In this document: one piece after another, positions 37,978 to 49,458 of the stretch
How the letters are laid out: each line of letters opens with the position of its first letter
Position numbering within the stretch: position 1 is the stretch's first letter
Assembly (NCBI GenBank): GCA_964621265.1
Contig: CAZULQ010000008.1
Location: forward strand, 49-64,048
Origin: an uncultured Clostridium sp.
Lineage (GTDB): Bacteria > Bacillota > Clostridia > Oscillospirales > Ruminococcaceae
Reading direction: 5' to 3'
DNA length: 64,000 bases
The notes under the pieces: generated by a model
What the model saw: the letters and a program-made list of their open reading frames with translations, nothing else
What the model was told of the DNA's origin: nothing
Database searches by the model: none
Translations under genes and position numbers: made by a program

Positions 37978-38004
37978 GATTATATTTGAATATCAACTAT
38001 TAAA

Positions 38005-38036
38005 AACAGGCGCCCCTCTTGCAGAGGACGCCTGTT
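38005..38036. terminator. Bidirectional terminator between PPase and Clp genes
   Basis: AACAGGCG.CCTC...GAGG.CGCCTGTT with A and T tracts. Confidence 0.75.
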
Positions 38037-38047
38037 ATTTTTGCCAC

Positions 38048-38073
38048 GGGACGTCGTAGGCGCCGTCCCCTAC
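38048..38073 (-). repeat. GTAG-type REP-like palindrome, copy 2
   Basis: Minus strand GTAG-GGGACG-GCGCCTACGA-CGTCCC. Confidence 0.65.
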
Positions 38074-38148
38074 TAAATAAATGGTCGTGCCAGAAAACAA
38101 AATCCAATTCTTATCTGACAAACGAAATGCAGTCAAGCGGCACGCTTG

Positions 38149-40416
38149 TTACATATAATCAACCTTGATTTTGCCGTTCTCAGCTGTAATGCCGATTCCT
38201 GCAATGTTTCCGTTTTTCTCAATCATGATATCAGCAATCTTTTCTTCGATTTCCTTTCTGATTACACGTCTGATATCTCTTGCGCCATAGCTCTTGCCAA
38301 ACGCTTCTTCAGCAACAGCGTCGAGCGCTGACTGTTCGTATTTCAGAATGATACCCTTTTCTTCAAGCGGTTCTTTCATTTCTTCAAGCATAAGTCCCGC
38401 AATTCTTGCAAAGTCCTCCTTCACAAGCGGCTTGAACACGATAACCTCATCAATACGGCTTATAAACTCAGGACGTAAAAATTCCTTGAGAGACTTCATC
38501 GCCTTTTCCTTTGAAATGTCCTCAACCGACTTGTTAAAGCCGACACCTGTTGACTTGTCTGTCGAGCCTGCATTTGAAGTCATTGCAATGATTGTATTTT
38601 CAAAGTTTACAGTTCTTCCCTGTGCATCATTGATTTTACCTTCGTCAAGAATCTGAAGCAGAATATTCATGATATCAGGGTGTGCCTTTTCGATTTCGTC
38701 AAAGAGTACCACTGAATACGGATGACGGCGCACCTTTTCAGTAAGCTGTCCGGCTTCATCATATCCCACATATCCGGGAGGAGAACCAATCATTCTCGCA
38801 ACGGAATGCTTTTCCATATATTCAGTCATGTCAAGACGGATAAGCGGCTCGGTTGAGTCAAACATCTCGTTTGAAAGCACCTTTACAAGCTCAGTCTTAC
38901 CAACGCCTGTCGGTCCTACAAAAATAAATGATGCAGGGCGTCTGCGCTTTGAAAGCTGAACTCTTGTACGCTTGATTGACTGCGCAAGGAGATGAACAGC
39001 CTCGTCCTGTCCGACAATATGCTGCTTTATGCGTTCTTCCAGCTGAGACATCTTTGAAAATTCGCTCTCAGCAATCTTGTTTGACGGAATACCCGTCCAG
39101 AGCTCGATTACCTTAGCAAGGTCATTTTCAGTTACCTGAATATCTGAAATCACCTTTTCAAGCTCTTCCATATCATTTTTCACTCTGATTATATCGCCCT
39201 TGACTTCAGCAAGTGCCTCATAGTTCGGCTCAGACTCTTCTTCGATAGACTTTTCCATGTCTTCGAGAACTTTAAGTCTCTTTGTCTTTTCGTCATACTG
39301 AGCAAGCTCAGGTGTTCTGATACATGTACATGCGCAGGCTTCATCAAGCAGATCAATAGCCTTGTCAGGCAGGAATCTGTCCTGAATGTATCTTTCAGAA
39401 AGTGTTGCACACTGACGTATAAGAGCGTCGCTTATCTTAACTCTGTGATATGCTTCGTAGTATTTCTTGATTCCAAGTAAAACCTCGTATGTTTCATCAA
39501 TAGTCGGCTCATTTACAGTTACAGGCTGGAAACGTCTCTCAAGAGCGCTGTCCTTTTCGATATATTTTCTGTACTCGCTGAATGTTGTAGCACCGATAAC
39601 CTGTACCTCTCCTCTTGAAAGGGCAGGCTTTAAGATGTTTGCAGCATTCATGGAGCCTTCAGAATCACCTGTTCCGACAAGGTTATGCACCTCATCGATA
39701 AAGAGGATTATATTTCCCTCAGACTTAACTTCGTTTACAAGACCCTTTACACGGCTCTCGAACTGTCCTCTGAACTGAGTTCCTGCAACAAGAGCAGTCA
39801 GGTCAAGCAGATACACCTTTTTTCCGACAAGATTAAACGGCACATTACCCTCAGCAATCTTCTGGGCAATACCCTCTGCAATCGCTGTTTTACCAACACC
39901 AGGTTCACCGATAAGGCAAGGATTGTTCTTCTGACGTCTTGAAAGAATCTGAACGACTCTTGCAATCTCCTTGTCTCTGCCGATTATGTTGTCAAGCTGA
40001 CCTTCCTCAGCCTTCTTGCTTAAATTAGTACAGTAATTTTCAAGGAATTTGAGTTCCTTTTCCTTTTTCTTCTTGCTTTTCTTTTCGGATGATTTACCAT
40101 GCTTCTTTTCAGATGCTTCTCCGCCTGGGAAACCTCCCTTTTCCATTCCGTCAATGAGATTATGTAAATAGTTCGGGAGAGTATCGGCACCGCCCATTTC
40201 AAAGCCGTCACCGTCCATAAGCTCCATCATCTGGTCAGACATCTGCTCAATATCATCATCAGTAATCCCCATCTGTTCCATGTATTCAGAAACCTGAGGT
40301 ATATTCATCTTCTTTGCACAAAGCATGCAAAGACCTTCGTTCTTCTTTTCATTTCCCTGCATTGTTGTAATAAATACAACAGCGGGTCTTTTTTTGCATT
40401 TACTGCATAATACCAT
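38149..40416 (-). CDS. ClpC/ClpE-like AAA+ Clp protease ATPase subunit with N-terminal Zn finger
   Basis: CSKC...CMLC N-terminus; [42 protein letters not shown]; start ATG 40416 or GTG 40425. Confidence 0.93.
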   Translation of the reverse strand: MVLCSKCKKRPAVVFITTMQGNEKKNEGLCMLCAKKMNIPQVSEYMEQMGITDDDIEQMSDQMMELMDGDGFEMGGADTLPNYLHNLIDGMEKGGFPGGEASEKKHGKSSEKKSKKKKEKELKFLENYCTNLSKKAEEGQLDNIIGRDKEIARVVQILSRRQKNNPCLIGEPGVGKTAIAEGIAQKIAEGNVPFNLVGKKVYLLDLTALVAGTQFRGQFESRVKGLVNEVKSEGNIILFIDEVHNLVGTGDSEGSMNAANILKPALSRGEVQVIGATTFSEYRKYIEKDSALERRFQPVTVNEPTIDETYEVLLGIKKYYEAYHRVKISDALIRQCATLSERYIQDRFLPDKAIDLLDEACACTCIRTPELAQYDEKTKRLKVLEDMEKSIEEESEPNYEALAEVKGDIIRVKNDMEELEKVISDIQVTENDLAKVIELWTGIPSNKIAESEFSKMSQLEERIKQHIVGQDEAVHLLAQSIKRTRVQLSKRRRPASFIFVGPTGVGKTELVKVLSNEMFDSTEPLIRLDMTEYMEKHSVARMIGSPPGYVGYDEAGQLTEKVRRHPYSVVLFDEIEKAHPDIMNILLQILDEGKINDAQGRTVNFENTIIAMTSNAGSTDKSTGVGFNKSVEDISKEKAMKSLKEFLRPEFISRIDEVIVFKPLVKEDFARIAGLMLEEMKEPLEEKGIILKYEQSALDAVAEEAFGKSYGARDIRRVIRKEIEEKIADIMIEKNGNIAGIGITAENGKIKVDYM

Positions 40417-40482
40417 AGCTTTCACATTTCGCCCGAAGCCTTCGGGCGAACTCCTTTCTGTTAAAATCCGGTCAAACCGAAT

Positions 40483-41373
40483 TTAGAACTTATCTATCTT
40501 ATCAAAAACGTGTCTGAATAAGTATGTTTTCTCAACTGTTTCATAGCTTATAAATGAGCCTTCGCTCTCTGCAACATGAATAAGAATCTTCACAAGTACA
40601 GCCAGAATAATCAGCATAACTGCACCCTGTATTGCACCAAGCACGCCTCCTGCAATCTTGTCAAGCTTGTCAAAGCCGTTTAAAAGTCCGAATCTGAACG
40701 CCTTGTTTATAACAATACGGATTATTGTCATGAAAATGAAATAGCATATTATAAACACAAACGCCTTAACAAGTCTCAGCGCAGGCTTTCTTATAAAGTT
40801 CTTTTCAATATATTCAGGAACATCTTCAGGCTTTTCAACAATAACGTTTATTGTCTCTGTAAAAAGCTCCTTGTTCTCTGAAATTTTTTCAGTAAGCTCA
40901 TGAGTTACATACGGAGGCAGCTTCACACCCAGATGCTTTGAAAACATATCTGTGAATTCCTTCATGAAATCCGCCTCAAAGTTTTCGAATGTATCAACAA
41001 CCGCTCCCGACGCCTGATTTGCATATTCATAAAGCTCAATCATCGAGTCGTCAGATTTAAGAATTTTCTGTACTCTTCCGTTTTCAAGTACAGCGCCATA
41101 GTCACTGTTTTCAATAACCTCTTTTACAGTCATTGCAGGGTCATATTCCTCAAGGGCTGTTTCAACTCCCTCAATGCTGGATTCCTTGATGAAATTATCG
41201 TATATGATTTCCGAACAGCTGTTACTTACTGCCGCTGCTAAGAATACTGATACAACACAGCCCGCAATCAGTACAACTATTTTTGAAAAACCTTTTTTTA
41301 CGCAATTATAAATACATAAAGCAACAATTGCAACTGTTAATATATCCAGTAGCCACCAGAAATTTGTTCCCAT
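40483..41373 (-). CDS. CvpA (colicin V production)-like membrane protein
   Basis: LDILTVAIV..IYNCVKKGF N-terminus and DKIAGGVLGAIQG C-terminal TM motif. Confidence 0.7.
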   Translation of the reverse strand: MGTNFWWLLDILTVAIVALCIYNCVKKGFSKIVVLIAGCVVSVFLAAAVSNSCSEIIYDNFIKESSIEGVETALEEYDPAMTVKEVIENSDYGAVLENGRVQKILKSDDSMIELYEYANQASGAVVDTFENFEADFMKEFTDMFSKHLGVKLPPYVTHELTEKISENKELFTETINVIVEKPEDVPEYIEKNFIRKPALRLVKAFVFIICYFIFMTIIRIVINKAFRFGLLNGFDKLDKIAGGVLGAIQGAVMLIILAVLVKILIHVAESEGSFISYETVEKTYLFRHVFDKIDKF

Positions 41374-41396
41374 TTTATCGCCCCATTCCACACACT

Positions 41397-42569
41397 TTAA
41401 TAATCTATTCTGTCAATTCTGTCATAACCTAAAAGGAAAAGATAATCATCAATATAAATAATCTTTTCATATGAGCCTTCCGAACTGATTTTTGTCTTTC
41501 CGCTTCCACTGAAATTATACTGAGCTATACCCTCTTTACCGAGTATGCACAGCTTTTCATCAATAATTCTTATACACTTCGTACTGTTATCATCAAATTC
41601 AATAACTGCAGGTTCTTTTTTCGCACTGCTTATAGCGGCAACATAGCTGTGTCTTTTGGTTTCATTTTCAAAAAGCATCGCCACTCTGCCTTCGGAATAA
41701 TCCCAGTCCTTCAGCTGTGCAGGATATGGATATTCTGATTTAAGCTCACCCTTATTGTTGTAATACACACACTTTGTATCGCCTAAAAGAATAACGTTGT
41801 TTTCTGATTTATAGACGCTTACACAAAGCGTATCAATCATTTCTGATTTCCAGTTGTCCTTTGCTGAATTAAAGGAAACCGAAGTAAGCCCCGAACAGAT
41901 ATTGCCGTTTATGGCGTCAATCGTTGCAATAACGCATCCTTCTGAATCCTCAGTAAATGCCAGGTCAACCACTCTGTCAACACACTCACGGGAATATATC
42001 TCATTTCCCGATTCGTCATATACTATGAGCTTGCAGAAATAGGTTTCAGACGTTGTAACGACAGCCGCTTTTCCGTCCTCACTTATTCTTGCGAAAATAA
42101 TATTGTCTTCAAGCTTGTGTGAATACTCAATATCGCTGTATGATTCAACTCTGAATCTGTTGCCGCCGCTTTCATAAACAACAGCCTTTTTACCTGCCGC
42201 CTGTAATTTGGCATTTGAATAGGCATGCTGTCTTGATTCATAAAGCTCGCCATCAGTTGTATAGACATATGTATATGCATCACTTAATATTACAAGATAA
42301 TCATTAAGCTCGGCAGTCTGATAATCTATACCACCCGAAATGCTGATAGGAAAGTTTCCCTCAGCAAGTTCATTTTCGCCGCCTGAGCGAACGCTCTGAA
42401 ATTTTGCACCTATTCCCTCAAGCTTCGGAAACCACACATCACGCTTTACATAAAGCATAATAACAGTTCCTATAAGAAGCATAACTGCCAGGAATTTTGT
42501 AATCTGACGTCGTCTTCTTTTCTTTCTTCTCAAAAGACCGATGTCTACATCCTTTGAAGTAATTTTCAT
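41397..42569 (-). CDS. DUF5711-like membrane-anchored beta-propeller protein
   Basis: Basic stretch plus TM, then beta-rich repeats (VYESGG, IFARISEDGKAAVVT, DLAFTED); follows in truA-DUF5711-cvpA order. Confidence 0.65.
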   Translation of the reverse strand: MKITSKDVDIGLLRRKKRRRRQITKFLAVMLLIGTVIMLYVKRDVWFPKLEGIGAKFQSVRSGGENELAEGNFPISISGGIDYQTAELNDYLVILSDAYTYVYTTDGELYESRQHAYSNAKLQAAGKKAVVYESGGNRFRVESYSDIEYSHKLEDNIIFARISEDGKAAVVTTSETYFCKLIVYDESGNEIYSRECVDRVVDLAFTEDSEGCVIATIDAINGNICSGLTSVSFNSAKDNWKSEMIDTLCVSVYKSENNVILLGDTKCVYYNNKGELKSEYPYPAQLKDWDYSEGRVAMLFENETKRHSYVAAISSAKKEPAVIEFDDNSTKCIRIIDEKLCILGKEGIAQYNFSGSGKTKISSEGSYEKIIYIDDYLFLLGYDRIDRIDY

Positions 42570-42585
42570 TAATGTCCCTTTCAGT

Positions 42586-43320
42586 TCAGTAATAAATCCT
42601 GTTTAAATAAAGTCCGTGCGCCTGTGCCGTTCTTCCAGCAAGAGTACGGTTCCTGGATTTAAGTATCTCGTCTATATATTCGGGCTTCATACGCCCTTCA
42701 TTTACAGTCAGAAGCGTTCCGACCATAATCCTAATCATATTATACAGAAAACCATCGCCTTTTACAAGCATTTTAATCGATTCACCATTAATTACTATGT
42801 CGAATTTTTCTATTGTCCTCACAGTATTCTGTCCTTCTTCATAATTGGAACAGAATCCGGCAAAGTCATGAGTTCCGACAAACCGCTGTGCCGCACTTCT
42901 CACAAGCTCAGCATTGAATGGTCTGCGGTAGTGAAGCGCCATATCTGTCATAAAAGGATTTTTCGACTCGCTGTTGTGAATAAGATATATATATTCCTTT
43001 CCCTTGCAGGAAAATCTCGCATGAAAATCCTCAGGAACCTCCTCACAGGAAAGTATCGATATATCATCGGGCAGTTCGCCGTTAACGCCTCTTACAAAGC
43101 CCTTTACGGGTATACTGCTTTCCGTCAGAACGGAAAAGCAGTAATTGTTGGCGTGAACACCCGTATCAGTTCTTGAACAGCCGTTTATCTGTGCCTTATG
43201 GTTAAGCACTTTGGAAACACACCTTTCCACAACCTCCTGTACTGTCAGGGCATTATCCTGGCGCTGAAAGCCGTGGTAGGCAGTTCCTCTGTAAGACATG
43301 ATAACCTTAAGATTTCTCAT
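42586..43320 (-). CDS. truA: tRNA pseudouridine(38-40) synthase
   Basis: YRGTAYHGFQ, GCSRTDTGVHA, FHARF, GTHDF, GFLYNMIRIMVG, AQAHGLYL. Confidence 0.97.
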   Translation of the reverse strand: MRNLKVIMSYRGTAYHGFQRQDNALTVQEVVERCVSKVLNHKAQINGCSRTDTGVHANNYCFSVLTESSIPVKGFVRGVNGELPDDISILSCEEVPEDFHARFSCKGKEYIYLIHNSESKNPFMTDMALHYRRPFNAELVRSAAQRFVGTHDFAGFCSNYEEGQNTVRTIEKFDIVINGESIKMLVKGDGFLYNMIRIMVGTLLTVNEGRMKPEYIDEILKSRNRTLAGRTAQAHGLYLNRIYY

Positions 43321-46024
43321 TTTCTTCCTCTGTCACTTTTGCAGTTTCAGCAGAAACCGCTTCCTTTTTCTTTGTCAGGCGTCCGCTTAAATACCAGAGC
43401 GCCGCAAATGCGCCAAGTGAAACAATGCTTATAATAAGTCCCGGTACAAATCCAGGAGGGCAGTATTTAAGCTCAATCTTGTGTTCACCTGCCGGAACAT
43501 GAGCGCAAAGGAATGCATCATTAATTGATGAAGTCTCAGCTTCCTTACCGTCAACATAAACAGACCATCCGCTGTCATAAGGAATTGATGTATACATAAC
43601 ACCGTCTTCTGCGGCAGTCATATTTCCGCAGATATATGTGTCATCGTATTCTGTAACATCAAGTGAACCTTCAAGAAGCTTCTGATAGCCTTCTTCAAAT
43701 ACTGCGCTGTTTATCTGATAAACGAAAATAGTACCGTTTCCGCTTTCATTTTCAGGAACATTTGCCTGGAATGTAACCGTTTCTCCCGCCTTCATATCAG
43801 CAGCAGCATAAGTTGCTAAATACTTGTCTGTCTTTTTAGTATATAAAACTGCATTTCCGTTTTTAATCTGTACAGTATTTACAGAATCAGCAGTTCCGAA
43901 ATCAAATGAGAAATATACAGGTCCGTCGAACATCACTTCATAATTGTATTTGAGGAAGCAATTTCCGCTTTCACTTGCTTCATACTGATAATTATACTGT
44001 CCGTCGCCTGTTTTTATAACATTAAGGCCTGTGTGTCCTACATCCTTGATAGGCACCTTCACAAGAACATCTTCTTCAATACCTGTTGCAAGTCTGAAGA
44101 GTTCGTTCTGATTGTTAAACTGATTTGTGCTCTCGCCTGTAAAGTCAAGAATTGTATTTTCAGACATAAAGCCAATAGGTAAGTGATGTGTATTCTTATA
44201 TGAAGAAACGCCATTGCTTTCAGCAAGCGGTTCAAGATATGTCAGGTCACCTGAATAATTATCAATTGAAAGAAGATATTTTAAGTTCAGGAACATGTTC
44301 ACAACAGCTGTATTCTGATGGTAGTAATATCTGTTACCGGCAGCTGAAGCAGGAACACCGAGACTTCTCATCAGATTTGTAACATTAACATTAGCAGTTG
44401 ATGAAAACTGTGAAATACCCTTATAGCCATAAAGTGCAGGGTCATTGATTGTATATGTCTTGTTCTTTTCTATACGGTAAAAACCGTCATCGTTCATTTC
44501 AATTGTATCAATAAGAGCCTGTATTTCCTCACCCTTTGTAGGATACTGGTCACGGCTTGTATTTGAAACAGATTCAACACCAAGGCTTGCGTTCATGCCC
44601 ATTTCAACAAAGCATACGCCGAACACAAGGAAGTTGAGCAGCTTTTCCTTAACGATGTTAAGCTCATAAAGTGCTGTTATAACAATAAAGATAAAGCATA
44701 CGATAAGGCTGTAAGTAAGCGCATTCGGATTTTCTTCTGTCTTTTCACCGTATGTCACAAGCGCAATAACAAAAGTCATCACAGCCGCCGCAATAATATC
44801 AAATTTATTTTTCTCAGCCTTCATAACAGTAAACGCTCTGTATCCTGCCGCAAGGACAAGGAATGAGAAGAGGAATGAGAAACGATATGGAAGCATGTTT
44901 GTAAAATGGAAACCATGCCAGATGTAGTTGAGTACATTCATATTACAGCTTACAACTATAAATGCAAGGTAAATTACAGTAACAACCTTTTCTCTGATTT
45001 TAACTGACTTGGCTCTTATGAAAATACCAAGCAATGCAACAGCTACCATACCGCAGTAATAGTTAGGCAGACCTTCCTTGACTGTCGGAGCCTGGAAGCC
45101 GAGAATTGCAGAAAGCATTCTTGTCCATGTTTCGTAGTAGGTTATAGTTTCAGGGAACTTGTTTTCTGCACTGTTTGTAAGCATAAGTCCGAGGAACGCC
45201 GGAAGAAGAATAAGTGCACCGATTCCTATACCTATCGCTGAAGCACCTGCAATCTGTCCGAGGCGCTTAGCAGCGTACTTGATGCCGCCCCACTCGCATA
45301 TAACAAGACCGCCGAATATAAGTACTGTAAATATGCATGTAAAAAGTCCGATGTAAAAGCTTGACATAAGTGAAAGCGCAAGTGAAATTACATAAAGCTT
45401 GAACTTGCCTTCCTTGTAAAGCTTGATTGTTCCGAGAACAACAAGTGGCAGAAGCGCTACTGTATCAATCCAGATAACGTTCCAGTAATAGCCCATGATG
45501 TAGTTACAAAGGGCGTAACAAAGACCGAACGCTGTAATTGAAATATCGTTTTTCTTGAAAACGTGCTTTACAAATATTGCAAAGAAAAGTCCTGCACAGC
45601 TTATTTTTAAAGTCAGGAAAAGCGTAAGCGCTTCTCTTGAATATTCCATAGGGAATAAAAATGCCAGGAAATTGAGCGGACTTGCCGTATAATAAGACAT
45701 AAGCGAAATAAAGTTTGTACCAAGTCCTGTGTCCCATGAATAGAAAAGCGATGAAAAATCCTGAAGCTTTTCATGTTCTATTCTGAAAAACGGGTAATAC
45801 TGGTGCCACAGGTCAGTTACAAGAATCTGCTTTGTACCAAACGGATAAATTTCACTCTTTGAAAAGAAATACCACATTATTATAAATGGGATTATAAATG
45901 CCAGAAAAAGATAAATTCTTGATTCTCCCTTTTTATTGAATAAAAGAGGATTTCCTTTTAATATACTGTCTCCCGATTTTTTACTTTTTACGGAAGTGTT
46001 TTTAGTGTTCTTTGTGCTTTTCAT
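43307..46024 (-). CDS. YfhO-family multi-TM membrane protein (putative GT-C glycosyltransferase)
   Basis: DLWHQYYPF, SPLNFL, PNYYCG, WHGFHFTNMLPYRF, SIPYDSGW C-terminal motif. Confidence 0.88.
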   Translation of the reverse strand: MKSTKNTKNTSVKSKKSGDSILKGNPLLFNKKGESRIYLFLAFIIPFIIMWYFFSKSEIYPFGTKQILVTDLWHQYYPFFRIEHEKLQDFSSLFYSWDTGLGTNFISLMSYYTASPLNFLAFLFPMEYSREALTLFLTLKISCAGLFFAIFVKHVFKKNDISITAFGLCYALCNYIMGYYWNVIWIDTVALLPLVVLGTIKLYKEGKFKLYVISLALSLMSSFYIGLFTCIFTVLIFGGLVICEWGGIKYAAKRLGQIAGASAIGIGIGALILLPAFLGLMLTNSAENKFPETITYYETWTRMLSAILGFQAPTVKEGLPNYYCGMVAVALLGIFIRAKSVKIREKVVTVIYLAFIVVSCNMNVLNYIWHGFHFTNMLPYRFSFLFSFLVLAAGYRAFTVMKAEKNKFDIIAAAVMTFVIALVTYGEKTEENPNALTYSLIVCFIFIVITALYELNIVKEKLLNFLVFGVCFVEMGMNASLGVESVSNTSRDQYPTKGEEIQALIDTIEMNDDGFYRIEKNKTYTINDPALYGYKGISQFSSTANVNVTNLMRSLGVPASAAGNRYYYHQNTAVVNMFLNLKYLLSIDNYSGDLTYLEPLAESNGVSSYKNTHHLPIGFMSENTILDFTGESTNQFNNQNELFRLATGIEEDVLVKVPIKDVGHTGLNVIKTGDGQYNYQYEASESGNCFLKYNYEVMFDGPVYFSFDFGTADSVNTVQIKNGNAVLYTKKTDKYLATYAAADMKAGETVTFQANVPENESGNGTIFVYQINSAVFEEGYQKLLEGSLDVTEYDDTYICGNMTAAEDGVMYTSIPYDSGWSVYVDGKEAETSSINDAFLCAHVPAGEHKIELKYCPPGFVPGLIISIVSLGAFAALWYLSGRLTKKKEAVSAETAKVTEEENEKS

Positions 46025-46039
46025 TTTCCTTCCCTTTCC

Positions 46040-46843
46040 TTAACCTAAAATATTACCTGTTATAATTATTCCAAAGAAAAACAGGGTAATAAAAAGTGCA
46101 ATATAATCAGCTATACCGCTTTTTAACTGCTTCATACGGGTTCTGCCCTCGCCGCCTCTGTAACAGCGACACTCCATAGCAGTAGCTAAGTCTCCTGCAC
46201 GTCGTATCGACGAGACAAACAGCGGTATGATAACAGGAACTACAGCCCTGACCTTTTCCTTTATTCCTCCACCGTCCATGTCAGCACCCCTTGCCTTCTG
46301 CGCAGACATAATCTTATCCGTTTCTTCAACAAGAGTCGGGATAAATCTCAGCGCAATTGTCATCATCATTGCAAGCTCACTTACAGGAAGCTTTATTTTT
46401 TTGAGAGGACTCAAAAGTCTCTCGATAGCGTCCGTCAGTGCAACAGGTGAAGTTGTATATGTCAGAAGTGATGTTCCTGAAATAAGAAGAATAAGTCTTA
46501 CTATCAGAAATACTGATGTTCTCACTGCTTCATCAGTAATTGAAATGAATTTCCACTCAAAAAGCGGTATACCGCCCGATATCATAAACAGATTCAGAAG
46601 CGATGTGATAATCAGAATCGGCACAATCGGCTTTAAGCTTTTGAGTATCATTTTTATCGGTACGTCTGAGCAAAGATAAGCCATTGCCGTAAAAACAAAG
46701 CCGAGTATAAGACTTGTAACGTCAGACCCCATAAAAAGCATTATAACAAAAAGAAGCGTAATAACAAGCTTAAAGCGTGCGTCAAGCCTGTGTATAATGC
46801 TGTTTCCGGGAAAATATTGTCCTAATGTAATATCCTTTATCAT
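46040..46843 (-). CDS. ecfT: ECF transporter transmembrane component T
   Basis: [35 protein letters not shown]. Confidence 0.95.
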   Translation of the reverse strand: MIKDITLGQYFPGNSIIHRLDARFKLVITLLFVIMLFMGSDVTSLILGFVFTAMAYLCSDVPIKMILKSLKPIVPILIITSLLNLFMISGGIPLFEWKFISITDEAVRTSVFLIVRLILLISGTSLLTYTTSPVALTDAIERLLSPLKKIKLPVSELAMMMTIALRFIPTLVEETDKIMSAQKARGADMDGGGIKEKVRAVVPVIIPLFVSSIRRAGDLATAMECRCYRGGEGRTRMKQLKSGIADYIALFITLFFFGIIITGNILG

Positions 46844-47706
46844 AGCGTTTCCCCTCCGACAGCAAGTTTTTCAAGGAGCTTTTCCGCTGCATATTTAACG
46901 GTGTAAATATCCTTGTCTATATCAATACCCTTTTCTCTGAGCAGATTTATAACTCTAGTAACCTGCGGAACGTCAAGCCCGATTTTTTCAATTTCAAGAG
47001 AACGCTTGAATACTTCTGCCGTATTGTCGTAACAGAAAACCTCCGCCTTGTTCATGACAAGTATTTTAGAGGCATATTTTGCAACATCCTCCATACTGTG
47101 TGAGACAAGCAGAATTGTACAGCCCATGTCCTTATGATACTGCTTAATCTGATTTAATATAAGCTCCCTGCCTTTCGGGTCAAGACCTGCTGTCGGCTCA
47201 TCGAGAATAAGCACCTCCGGCTCCATTGCCATAACACCTGCAATCGCCACACGGCGTTTTTCACCGCCCGAAAGCTCAAACGGTGATTTTTCGAGCATGG
47301 AAGTCGGTATTCCGACAGCCTCTGCGGTTGTTCTCACTCGCCTGTCTATTTCGGCTTCCGAAAGCCCCATATTTTTAGGACCGAAAGCAATGTCTCTGTA
47401 AACAGTGTCCTCGAAAATCTGATATTCCGGATACTGAAAAACAAGTCCCACACGAAATCTTACTTTTCTGATTTCAGATTTGTTTTCCCAGATATCCTGT
47501 CCGTCAAGATAAACCTTACCCGACGTTGGTCTCAAAAGTCCGTTGAAATGCTGGATAAGCGTTGATTTTCCCGAACCTGTGTGACCGATAACCCCGACAA
47601 ATTCTCCCTTTTCTATTTCAATGTTTACATTGTTTACTGCCATCTTTTCAAACGGCGTTCCCCCACTGTAAACATAACTCAAATTCTCTGTTTTTAAAAT
47701 TGCCAA
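46840..47706 (-). CDS. ecfA2: ECF transporter ATPase A2
   Basis: [38 protein letters not shown]. Confidence 0.95.
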   Translation of the reverse strand: MAILKTENLSYVYSGGTPFEKMAVNNVNIEIEKGEFVGVIGHTGSGKSTLIQHFNGLLRPTSGKVYLDGQDIWENKSEIRKVRFRVGLVFQYPEYQIFEDTVYRDIAFGPKNMGLSEAEIDRRVRTTAEAVGIPTSMLEKSPFELSGGEKRRVAIAGVMAMEPEVLILDEPTAGLDPKGRELILNQIKQYHKDMGCTILLVSHSMEDVAKYASKILVMNKAEVFCYDNTAEVFKRSLEIEKIGLDVPQVTRVINLLREKGIDIDKDIYTVKYAAEKLLEKLAVGGETL

Positions 47707-47732
47707 AATTCAAAACTCCTCAAGTAATAACC

Positions 47733-48569
47733 TTACCGTTTTAAAAGTTCAAACAGCGCCTGTGCACACTCAGCCTCCGAGATAATATGACTGTCAAGTG
47801 CAAAGCCGTGCTTGTTGAGTTCATATACAAGCTCCGTTACCTGCGGAACATCAAGTCCTATCGACTTCATAAGCTCAACCTGTGAGAAAACCTCTTTTGG
47901 GGTATCATCAAGCAGAATTTTACCCTTGTCCATGACAATAACCCTTTTGCACTTTGCTGCTTCCTCCATGTAGTGAGTAATCAGAATTATTGTTATATTA
48001 TAATCCTCATTGAGACGCTTAATAGTCTCCATAACCTCTTTTCTTCCGACAGGGTCAAGCATAGCAGTCGGCTCGTCCATAACAATGCATTTAGGACGCA
48101 TTGCGATTATCCCCGCAATTGCAACCCTCTGCTTCTGACCGCCCGAAAGCTGATGAGGAGAGTGATTCCTGTATTCATACATATCAACTGCCTTCAAAGC
48201 GTCATCAACACGTCTGCGGATTTCTGATGGCTCAACGCCTAAATTCTCAAGCGCAAACGCCACGTCCTCCTCAACGATTGCCGCAACAATCTGATTGTCG
48301 GGATTCTGGAAAACCATTCCGACCCTCTGACGAATGTCAAAAATCCTGTCCTCATCGGAAGTGTCAATTCCGTCTATATAAACCTTTCCGCCGCCAGGCA
48401 GCAAGATTGCATTCATATGCTTTGCAAGGGTTGATTTCCCACAGCCGTTATGTCCTAAAACGGCTGTAAACTCGCCTTCTTCAAATGAAACGTTTAAATT
48501 CTGAAGAACAAGCCCGCCCTCGTCATCATATTTAAAATCAAGACCCTCTGTTTTAGCAAAAGACTTCAT
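47733..48569 (-). CDS. ecfA1: ECF transporter ATPase A1
   Basis: [24 protein letters not shown]; start refined to ATG 48569. Confidence 0.95.
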   Translation of the reverse strand: MKSFAKTEGLDFKYDDEGGLVLQNLNVSFEEGEFTAVLGHNGCGKSTLAKHMNAILLPGGGKVYIDGIDTSDEDRIFDIRQRVGMVFQNPDNQIVAAIVEEDVAFALENLGVEPSEIRRRVDDALKAVDMYEYRNHSPHQLSGGQKQRVAIAGIIAMRPKCIVMDEPTAMLDPVGRKEVMETIKRLNEDYNITIILITHYMEEAAKCKRVIVMDKGKILLDDTPKEVFSQVELMKSIGLDVPQVTELVYELNKHGFALDSHIISEAECAQALFELLKR

Positions 48570-48571
48570 AT

Positions 48572-49438
48572 TTATCCTTTCTGCCAGATTGCTGTTGAGC
48601 CGCATGGCAGACAAAGTCCGCTTTCCTCAACAGGCAGTCCGATTTCATCAAAAGTAACCTCTCCGCCAAACTGCGGACAAATTGTCTCACCGAGAATATA
48701 TCCCATAACAGACGGAGAAAGACCCGTTGTATAGCTGTTAATCAGGAAGAAAAGAGGATTGTCGCTCAATACGCCTGTACAGAGCTTGACTAAGTCATAA
48801 ACGCAGTCCTCAAGCTTCCATACCTCTCCGCCAGGACCTCTGCCATAGCTTGGCGGGTCCATGATTATAGCGTCATACTTTCTTTCACGTCTGATTTCTC
48901 TTGCAATAAACTTTTCACAGTCATCAACAATCCAGCGCACTGGCTTTTCTGAAAGACCTGACAAAGCAGCGTTTTCTCTTGCCCACGCAACCATGCCCTT
49001 TGATGCGTCAACGTGACACACGCTCGCACCTGCTGCCGCACATGCAAGCGTCGCTCCGCCTGTATAGGCGAAAAGATTGAGCACATTTATTGGTCTGCCT
49101 GCATTTCTGATTTTATCCATCATAAAATCCCAGTTTACAGCCTGTTCAGGGAAAAGTCCTGTATGCTTAAAGCCTGTCGGCTTAATGCTGAATTTCAGCT
49201 CCTTATATGACATTTCCCACGAATCCGCAGGCTTTTTCGCAAAGCTCCACTTGCCGCCGCCCGATGATGAACGGTGATAATGTCCCTGAGCCTTATCCCA
49301 GAGCGGAGACTTTTTTGAAGTCTTCCAGATAATCTGCGGGTCAGGACGGATAAGCAGTACACCGTTCCACGACTCAAGCTTTTCCTGGTTTGTAGTATCC
49401 AGAATTTTATATTCTTTCCAGTTATTTGCAATACGCAT
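48572..49438 (-). CDS. Class I SAM-dependent methyltransferase (RlmI/YwbD-like)
   Basis: [33 protein letters not shown]. Confidence 0.88.
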   Translation of the reverse strand: MRIANNWKEYKILDTTNQEKLESWNGVLLIRPDPQIIWKTSKKSPLWDKAQGHYHRSSSGGGKWSFAKKPADSWEMSYKELKFSIKPTGFKHTGLFPEQAVNWDFMMDKIRNAGRPINVLNLFAYTGGATLACAAAGASVCHVDASKGMVAWARENAALSGLSEKPVRWIVDDCEKFIAREIRRERKYDAIIMDPPSYGRGPGGEVWKLEDCVYDLVKLCTGVLSDNPLFFLINSYTTGLSPSVMGYILGETICPQFGGEVTFDEIGLPVEESGLCLPCGSTAIWQKG

Positions 49439-49458
49439 TATAGGTATTCCTTTTCAAT

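Noticed and set aside
40470-40476. GGTCAAA upstream of the Clp ATPase as a CtsR box
   Set aside because: Only one heptad; the direct-repeat second half is missing
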